In this document: piece by piece, positions 58,087 to 64,000 of the stretch
How the letters are laid out: the number at the start of each line of letters is the position of its first letter
Numbering within the stretch: position 1 is the stretch's first letter
Assembly: GCA_963674965.2 (NCBI GenBank)
Contig: CAXXFL010000005.1
Span: 384,001-448,000 of the forward strand
Direction: 5' to 3'
Source: a bacterium
GTDB taxonomy: Bacteria > RBG-13-61-14 > DATKZS01
DNA length: 64,000 bases
Program-made: the position numbers and the translations under genes
Notes under the pieces: model-generated
Database searches by the model: none
What the model was told of the DNA's origin: nothing
Seen by the model: the letters and a program-made list of their open reading frames with translations, nothing else

Positions 58087-58911
58087 TTGCAACCTCGCTT
58101 ATTGCAAGTTTTCAGGAACACGCCCTTTGGGAGGGAGACCTTTTTACAATCCATTTACTTCGCCAGGACCATCGACGTGTCCATCCGCGTTTACGTGCCC
58201 AAGCAAAAGCGCTTCCTCATGTATTTCGAGAACGACGTGCTCCAGGTGGACCTTGACGAGTCCTACATCTTCTCGCCCGACACGGCCGAGGAAAACGTGA
58301 GGCAACTGCTCGATAACTCCGGCGTCAACTTCGATTTTGTCGCGCCCGAGCATTACACAGCCTCTTCCCTGCCCGACCTGCCCATAGATTACGAGTTCAT
58401 GTGCTGCCCGCGCAGCATGAGCGACCCGGGCGCGAAAATCGGCCTGGGATACATTGGACCCAAGGTAAGGCACGTCATCAAGACGGCCAGTTTTCCCATA
58501 CTGATCCCGAGTATCTGTTATAAAGAGTGGAATAAAATCTCCGTCCTCTTCGGCGGGTCCATCAACGCCGTCAAGTCCCTCCGGCTGGGGATACGCCTGG
58601 CCTCGAGGACTCGTTACCCTCTCGAGGTGTTTACCATCCAGGAGAAAGGGACGGACAAGCGGTCGCTGGAAAAGCTGATCGAGGAGAGGGAACTCGCCGA
58701 AAAATTCGACAAGTACGTGAAGAATTGGACCTTCCTGGACAAGTCCGACGTCAGGGAAAGCCTGTACTTGATTCCCCACGACTCGCTGTTAATCCTGGGG
58801 GCTTACGGCCATGGACTCGTGCGCGAGCTGATCTTCGGATCGAAAATGGAGATAGTCCAGGACTTCATGCCCAACAACCTCATGGTGGTGGGACCGAACT
58901 TCTCCCAATAG
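58087..58911 (+). CDS. Universal stress protein (tandem USP-like)
   Basis: TTG start after AAGGAG; LILGAYGHGLVRELIFGS. Confidence 0.75.
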   Translation: MQPRLLQVFRNTPFGRETFLQSIYFARTIDVSIRVYVPKQKRFLMYFENDVLQVDLDESYIFSPDTAEENVRQLLDNSGVNFDFVAPEHYTASSLPDLPIDYEFMCCPRSMSDPGAKIGLGYIGPKVRHVIKTASFPILIPSICYKEWNKISVLFGGSINAVKSLRLGIRLASRTRYPLEVFTIQEKGTDKRSLEKLIEERELAEKFDKYVKNWTFLDKSDVRESLYLIPHDSLLILGAYGHGLVRELIFGSKMEIVQDFMPNNLMVVGPNFSQ

Positions 58912-58943
58912 GAAGACAAGGCCTCGAGGCGACAAGGATCGGC

Positions 58944-59417
58944 TCAGGGCGACAAGGGCCAGAGCTTCCCGCCGATCCTTACGGCGTAGCCGTCCTCCGT
59001 TTCCTCGAGGCACTTCATGAGTTGGTAATAGGCGGGCCGTAAAAAGCGGGCCGGAAACTCGCCGCCCTTCACGTCGCAGTAAAGAACGTTGTCCGCGCCC
59101 ACGCGAAGGCTTGCAAGGTCGAGTTCCTCCATGGAGCCGTCGTTTAGCCTTCCCACCGCCTTGTCCTCCTCGACGTCAACCCCTCTTATCACGTAGGGCG
59201 CGTCCTCGACCACGATGGGCGCCCACTCGAGGCCCACCACCAGGCGGTAGCCGCCGGCGGGGTCCTTTTGGACGCTCCGGCTGAAAAGGTCGGCCGTAAG
59301 CTTGTGGGTTATCTCCTCGCCGTCGTGAAACCAGCGGCCTTCCTTGTCGAGTCTTATCTCGGCCCCCTCGAACCTGAACCTGGGATCGGTACCGGGACCG
59401 CCTTTACCGTCAGTCAA
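58944..59417 (-). CDS. DUF1285-like protein
   Basis: IRLDKEGRWFHDGEEI, IVVEDAPY, ARFLRPAYYQL. Confidence 0.75.
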   Translation of the reverse strand: MTDGKGGPGTDPRFRFEGAEIRLDKEGRWFHDGEEITHKLTADLFSRSVQKDPAGGYRLVVGLEWAPIVVEDAPYVIRGVDVEEDKAVGRLNDGSMEELDLASLRVGADNVLYCDVKGGEFPARFLRPAYYQLMKCLEETEDGYAVRIGGKLWPLSP

Positions 59418-59561
59418 TCTTATCCTCCCCGCGTTTTGAGAAGACGCTATTGGCCGCTCGCGAACCGCAAGCGGGCCGTATTTTGATTTTCTCCAATAAT
59501 GTTGGATGACGCAAGCCGGCCGGGTCCGGCCCGTATTTAATACCGCGCCTATCGATCGGTA

Positions 59562-60905
59562 TTAATCGCTCATCGAGTTCATGACCAGTCCCGTGGCCAG
59601 CTTGGGAAAAAAGTATGTGGACTTCTCGGGCATGATTCCCTTCAGGTCGGCCACGTTGAGCACGGCCTTGACCGGCGTCGGGTTCATGAGGAAGCAAATC
59701 TCGTTGGGTTTTTTCTGGACCTCGTCCAGGATGCGGTCGTAATCGGTCTCGTAATTTATATACCTTTCGTTCAGGAGGTCCTTTTGTTTAATATCGAGCA
59801 TGCCCGTTAAAATGAGGTCCTCGAGTATCACCACGTCCAGGCTCCTCAAGACGTGGTCTATCTCGGACGTGGCCCCCTTCGCCAGTTCCGAGTCGGACTT
59901 GAGGGTCAGGTAATAGGCGTTGCCGCTTTTCCTCTCGACCATGCCGAAAACCGGGCCGCTCTCGCCCCTCGAGCGAAGCTCCCGAGCGTAGTCCCGCCTG
60001 GCCTCCCCGGGATCGAGGGGATTGAGAAGGGCCTGGTCGACGATGAAATAGTCGCTCAGTTTTTTTAACAGGCCGCTCAGCCGCCTTTGCGGCAGGTTGT
60101 GGATGAGCCGGTGATAGGGAAAGACGACCAGGCCCGGGTGCTCGGCGGGAGTGAAATAAGCCATGACCCGGTCGGTACCCTCCGCGAAAAGGGGCGCGTG
60201 ATCGAGCTGGTGGCGCCTGAGGGTAAGGGACGTCTCGTAACGGTGATGGCCGTCGGCGATGTAGACCGGCCGCGAGCCGATATGGGCGTCGACCCTGGCG
60301 ATGGCCTCCTCGTCGCCGATGGCCCACATCGAGTGGGTGACTCCAAGGTCGTCCTCCACGCTCATCACCTCGGAGCCGGACGGAGGACTCGAACCGAGGA
60401 CCTCATCCAACTTCCCGTCCTTGTCGGGATACAACATGAACACCTGGCTGAAATGGGCCCGAGTATGAAGCATCAACTGGAACCTGTCCTGCTTGGGCCC
60501 GGCCAGGGTCCGCTCGTGGGGAAGCACCTTGCCCTCCGAGTAATCCGAAAGCTTAAGCATGGCCACGAAACCCGGGCGGGCGAGGGTAGCCAGGCCCTCC
60601 GGGGTCTTGAGGTCGAAGCTGACGTTGTAGCGATAAATGCAGGGCTTATCGTCGCGCTTTAGTATTTCCCTCTCCCGCCAGGCGTTCCACAGGCCGGCGG
60701 CCCTGGTGTACTTGTTCTCCCGGCGGCCGTCGCCGGGTTTTTCCTCGCTCAAGATAAGCCGGATCACGTTGTACTCCGAGCGCTCGGCCAGGAGTCGCCT
60801 TCCCTCGGGGGAGATCACGTCGTAAGGAGGAGCGATTACCCCGTCAAGAGGACCGGAATTGGAAACGTTATATCTAATTCCGCGAAACGGAAATATGGTC
60901 GTCAT
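59562..60905 (-). CDS. DUF1015 family protein
   Basis: PFRGIRY, PPYDVIS, PHERT, YIADGHHRYET, MPEKSTYFFPK. Confidence 0.88.
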   Translation of the reverse strand: MTTIFPFRGIRYNVSNSGPLDGVIAPPYDVISPEGRRLLAERSEYNVIRLILSEEKPGDGRRENKYTRAAGLWNAWREREILKRDDKPCIYRYNVSFDLKTPEGLATLARPGFVAMLKLSDYSEGKVLPHERTLAGPKQDRFQLMLHTRAHFSQVFMLYPDKDGKLDEVLGSSPPSGSEVMSVEDDLGVTHSMWAIGDEEAIARVDAHIGSRPVYIADGHHRYETSLTLRRHQLDHAPLFAEGTDRVMAYFTPAEHPGLVVFPYHRLIHNLPQRRLSGLLKKLSDYFIVDQALLNPLDPGEARRDYARELRSRGESGPVFGMVERKSGNAYYLTLKSDSELAKGATSEIDHVLRSLDVVILEDLILTGMLDIKQKDLLNERYINYETDYDRILDEVQKKPNEICFLMNPTPVKAVLNVADLKGIMPEKSTYFFPKLATGLVMNSMSD

Positions 60906-60907
60906 GC

Positions 60908-61537
60908 CTAAAAACCTTTCAAAGTCGATTCAAGCCGTTCGAGGGACACCGCTCCCTCTCTCAATACTTCAAGTTTGCCACCCGCGACTCGCGCCACGGT
61001 CGAGCCCGGCGGTCCCGCCAGCTCGCCGGCGTCAAGCGCGAGGTCGACCTCGCCCGCCAGGTCCGCGACCGCCTCGGAGGCGAGGCGGCCCGAGGCCTTG
61101 CCGCTTAAATTGGAACTGGTGGCGGTCACGGGCCCGCCGAGGGACGACGCCAGAAGACGGGCCGTTTCTTCACCCGGGGACCTTACGGCCAATGAGTCGA
61201 GCCCGCCCGTCAGTTCCCGCGGCATGGTCCGAATCAGTGGCAGGACCAGGGTCAGGGGTCCGGGCCATAACTTCTCGGCCAGGAGCCTCGACTCTCGGTC
61301 GAACTCCACGTATTTTCGCGCCATGTCGATATTTTCCACGATCACGGGCAGCGGCTCGCCCGCGTCTCTCCCCTTTAAATGGAATATCCTTTTTATCGCC
61401 GCCGCGCAAGTCGCGTCCGCCCCCAGTCCGTAAAGTCTTTCCGCCGGAAAGACGATCACGCCGCCCTTTGCAAGGACGGTGACGGCCCTTTTAATCGCTT
61501 CTTCCCGCCCGGTTTGAGCGAGTTCAATCCACTCCAT
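60908..61537 (-). CDS. tsaC: L-threonylcarbamoyladenylate synthase (YrdC/Sua5)
   Basis: FPAERLYGLGAD, LKGR, WPGPLT, TATSSNLSG, STV. Confidence 0.85.
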   Translation of the reverse strand: MEWIELAQTGREEAIKRAVTVLAKGGVIVFPAERLYGLGADATCAAAIKRIFHLKGRDAGEPLPVIVENIDMARKYVEFDRESRLLAEKLWPGPLTLVLPLIRTMPRELTGGLDSLAVRSPGEETARLLASSLGGPVTATSSNLSGKASGRLASEAVADLAGEVDLALDAGELAGPPGSTVARVAGGKLEVLREGAVSLERLESTLKGF

Positions 61538-62423
61538 TTTCCTTGCCGCCCTTGTAGAGCATGGCCGCGCCCTTTTTCTTTCCGTAGTACCTGGCCACGT
61601 GGGAGCATTTAATCAGGGAAATGAAATAGACCGTTCGGCCAACGTCGTGAAGGCACTCGAGGTTGGCCTGTCCCTTGGCGATGATGATGGACGCCCGCTG
61701 GAAGCGCTCGAGCCACTGGGGCGAGGCCGTCTCGGGATCGACGCCCATGGTGGCCAGTCCCGTGGTAATAAGCTCGGCGGGCCCGGCCGGCCCGGCGGCT
61801 CGCGATATCCCGACGGTCTCGGCGTCGGCCAGGGTCGCGTCGTTCAGCGCCGGTCCTCCCTTGACCGAGACGGTGACCTTCTTGCCCCTGGCCAGAAGCT
61901 CCCGGATCAGGTAGAGGTCGAAGGCTATCTCGCCGGCGTTATCGCACAGGTAGAGGACGTCCCCGGCCTTGCCCAGGTCGCTTTTAAAGTCTTCCCAGTC
62001 GTAAACGGCCCAGGGGGCCCGGGCCCACTCCTCGAAGCCCGAGGGGTCGGCCCGGTCGGGAAGGGAGGCCGGGTCCATTCCGTTTCCGGCCAGAGCGACC
62101 CTGACCGCCCTGGCCAGACGCTCTTCCCCGTCGGCCGCCGCGTCAAGATAGCCGGGCGCCCAGGCCCGGGCCAACTCGACCGCCTTGGCGTTATGCTCGG
62201 CCTTGATCCTCTCGAAGGGGTCGCTCGTTCCCAGGGCCTCGTAAACCCCGGCCAGCACGTCGCGGGCGATGGCCGGCGGGACCCTCGCGAAGTCGTCGGC
62301 CGCCAGGACCGCCAGGGCCGCCTTGACCGCCGCCATGCGCCGGGTCTCGTCGGCCCCCGCCGCCGAGGCCGAGGTATGGGCCAGCTTGAGAAGGCAGATG
62401 GCGCAGTCCGCCGCGGTCTTCAT
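61524..62423 (-). CDS. DUF89/ARMT1-like damage-control phosphatase
   Basis: DCAIC, AGNGMD, YLCDNAGEIAFD, NDAT, AKGQANLE, IKC. Confidence 0.88.
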   Translation of the reverse strand: MKTAADCAICLLKLAHTSASAAGADETRRMAAVKAALAVLAADDFARVPPAIARDVLAGVYEALGTSDPFERIKAEHNAKAVELARAWAPGYLDAAADGEERLARAVRVALAGNGMDPASLPDRADPSGFEEWARAPWAVYDWEDFKSDLGKAGDVLYLCDNAGEIAFDLYLIRELLARGKKVTVSVKGGPALNDATLADAETVGISRAAGPAGPAELITTGLATMGVDPETASPQWLERFQRASIIIAKGQANLECLHDVGRTVYFISLIKCSHVARYYGKKKGAAMLYKGGKENGVD

Positions 62424-62433
62424 CCCGATTCCT

Positions 62434-62934
62434 TCAGTCCTCGATCTCGAAGGCCGTCTTCTCGACCATCTCGGCCATTTCCTTGACGTTCCAGGCCAGC
62501 TTCTCGGCCAGGCTCTCGTCCGTCAAGGCCAGTATGCGGATGGCCAGATGGGCCGCGTTCCGGGCGCCCACGTCGCCGATGGCCACGGTCGCCACCGGCA
62601 CGCCCGGCGGCATCTGCACGGTGGACAAGAGGGCGTCGAGTCCCTTTAGGGGACCGCTCTCCATGGGGACCCCTATGACGGGCAAGGTGGAATGGGCCGC
62701 CATGGCCCCAGCCAGGTGGGCCGCCAGTCCGGCCGCGGCGATAATCACCTTGACGCCGCGCGCCCTGGCCTCGCGGGCAATCCGCATGGCCCGCTCGGGC
62801 GAGCGGTGGGCGCTGGCCACGGTCATCTCGTAGGGGACCTCGAAGTCCTTGAATACCTTGACGCACTTCTTCATCGACGCAAGATCGGAAGCGCTTCCCA
62901 TGACTATCAATACCAGGGGATTTTCCTCGTCCAT
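62434..62934 (-). CDS. purE: N5-CAIR mutase
   Basis: MGSASDL, SAHRSP, AAAGLAAHL, PVIGVP, VQMPPGVPVATV. Confidence 0.95.
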   Translation of the reverse strand: MDEENPLVLIVMGSASDLASMKKCVKVFKDFEVPYEMTVASAHRSPERAMRIAREARARGVKVIIAAAGLAAHLAGAMAAHSTLPVIGVPMESGPLKGLDALLSTVQMPPGVPVATVAIGDVGARNAAHLAIRILALTDESLAEKLAWNVKEMAEMVEKTAFEIED

Positions 62935-62997
62935 AGTCGCGTCTCCTTTGGAAATGAAAAGTATAAGTATAACACGAGTAGACTTTGTCTCAAACTA

Positions 62998-63180
62998 TAG
63001 CCTCTTGCAAAAGTCCCGCTTTGGAGTGCGGCGGCTCGACGCCGCTTTTCTTCCGAGCGGCTTGACGCGAGGCAAACCGCTGTAAGGATAGGCCTTGTCA
63101 AGCCAAGGCCACGAAAGCGGTCTCAAGCGACCGCACCAAGGCTGCTATGCCGCTAAGAAAAGGACTTTTGCAAGAAGCTC
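62998..63180 (+). mobile_element. MITE copy 3, diverged
   Basis: Same TIRs and internal REP-like pair; no clear target duplication. Confidence 0.8.
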
Positions 63181-63227
63181 AGTCAAATCCTTTTCGAGGG
63201 ATTCGCCGCGTAGTCCGGCAAGATGGA

Positions 63228-63467
63228 TCATCCGCCCTCGATGGGCGGGAAAACGGCCAGGACGTCGTTCTCCTTCAGTGGCGCGTCTTTTTCCGCGCGC
63301 GCCGAGTTGACGAGAATAACAAGCTCCTTTTCCAGGTCCACGCCCAGGCCGGCAAGGACTTCTCTTACGGTAGCACCGCCTCCCGCCTCGATGGCGGCCG
63401 CCCCGTCCGCGGCGCTTTTCGGCAAAAGACAGCGGAGGTCGGCAAACAATTTTACGGTTACGATCAC
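63228..63467 (-). CDS. MoaD/ThiS-family sulfur carrier protein
   Basis: GTG start VIVTVKLFADLR; ILVN; C-terminal FPPIEGG. Confidence 0.85.
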   Translation of the reverse strand: MIVTVKLFADLRCLLPKSAADGAAAIEAGGGATVREVLAGLGVDLEKELVILVNSARAEKDAPLKENDVLAVFPPIEGG

Positions 63468-63646
63468 GGCTTGAAAACGGCGGCGGGAACGCGGCCCAGC
63501 CGCGCCCCCGCCCGATGCGTGCCTTTCCCGACAACGGGTTGTATCTTTCAAGACGCGCGCCTCATCGCCCGATACCATACTACGCGCGCGCTTGGATTGT
63601 CCTCCATTAGGGTTGCACTTTCAGGTTCGTCAGTCAAGAGTTTTAT

Positions 63647-63831
63647 GAGCCTCTTGCATAAGTCCGGCTTTGGAGTGCGGCGGCTCGACGCCGCTTTTCT
63701 TCCGAGCGGCTTGACGCGAGGAAAGGCTTTGTATTTTTTGCCTTGTCAAGCTAAGGCCATCGAAAGCGGTCTCAAGCGAGAGCGCTCCAAAGCGGCTATG
63801 CCGCCAAGGAAAAAACTTTTGCAAGAACCTC
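63647..63831 (+). mobile_element. MITE copy 4, diverged
   Basis: GAGCCTCTTGCATAA...TTTTGCAAGAACCTC; flanks TTAT/TTAA match at 3 of 4. Confidence 0.8.
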
Positions 63832-64000
63832 TTAAAATAGTTTTTTATTAGTTTGCCGGACGCCCCGGTTTGCCTCGGGCGGGCGATTCTGAAACAATAG
63901 AAAAAGGCCCCGACCCGGTTGGCCGGGCGTGGCCGAATCCTCGAAAGGCTGGCGTCAATGCGCGACGACTTTCCCGAAAACACCAGGGACCGACTTAAGC

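Overview
GC-rich bacterial chromosome segment; gene content suggests a Deltaproteobacteria-like lineage (inference). From left to right: a partial CCG/Fe-S gene and a VKOR-DsbA fusion; a ~15-kb minus-strand chemosensory cluster (response regulators, cheA, two cheW, one MCP, cheR-HEAT-cheR, cheB) that includes two orphan solute-binding proteins and a beta-barrel protein and has a sigma-54 promoter; an IS481 inserted inside a 186-bp MITE; a PAS kinase/sigma-54 regulator pair; metabolic genes (CoA transferase, galT, pgi, fbaB) and an IS630 relic; two secreted LVIVD-repeat proteins (2750 and 636 aa) sharing a 267-aa dockerin-like C-terminal module; a degenerate EAL protein; an AT-rich islet with a RosmerTA-like gene pair and an unexplained structured minus-strand RNA under a promoter with two NrdR-box-like sites; a QueT-like S-component; two large paralogous exported proteins of unknown function; a ThiF/MoeB-like gene and a Ser/Thr kinase; an HTH-EIIA/ClC/USP operon with a structured leader; and purE, DUF89, tsaC, DUF1015, DUF1285 and a MoaD/ThiS gene. 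Four copies of the REP-containing MITE occur. I saw no rRNA, tRNA or CRISPR array. All calls are by eye, without database searches.
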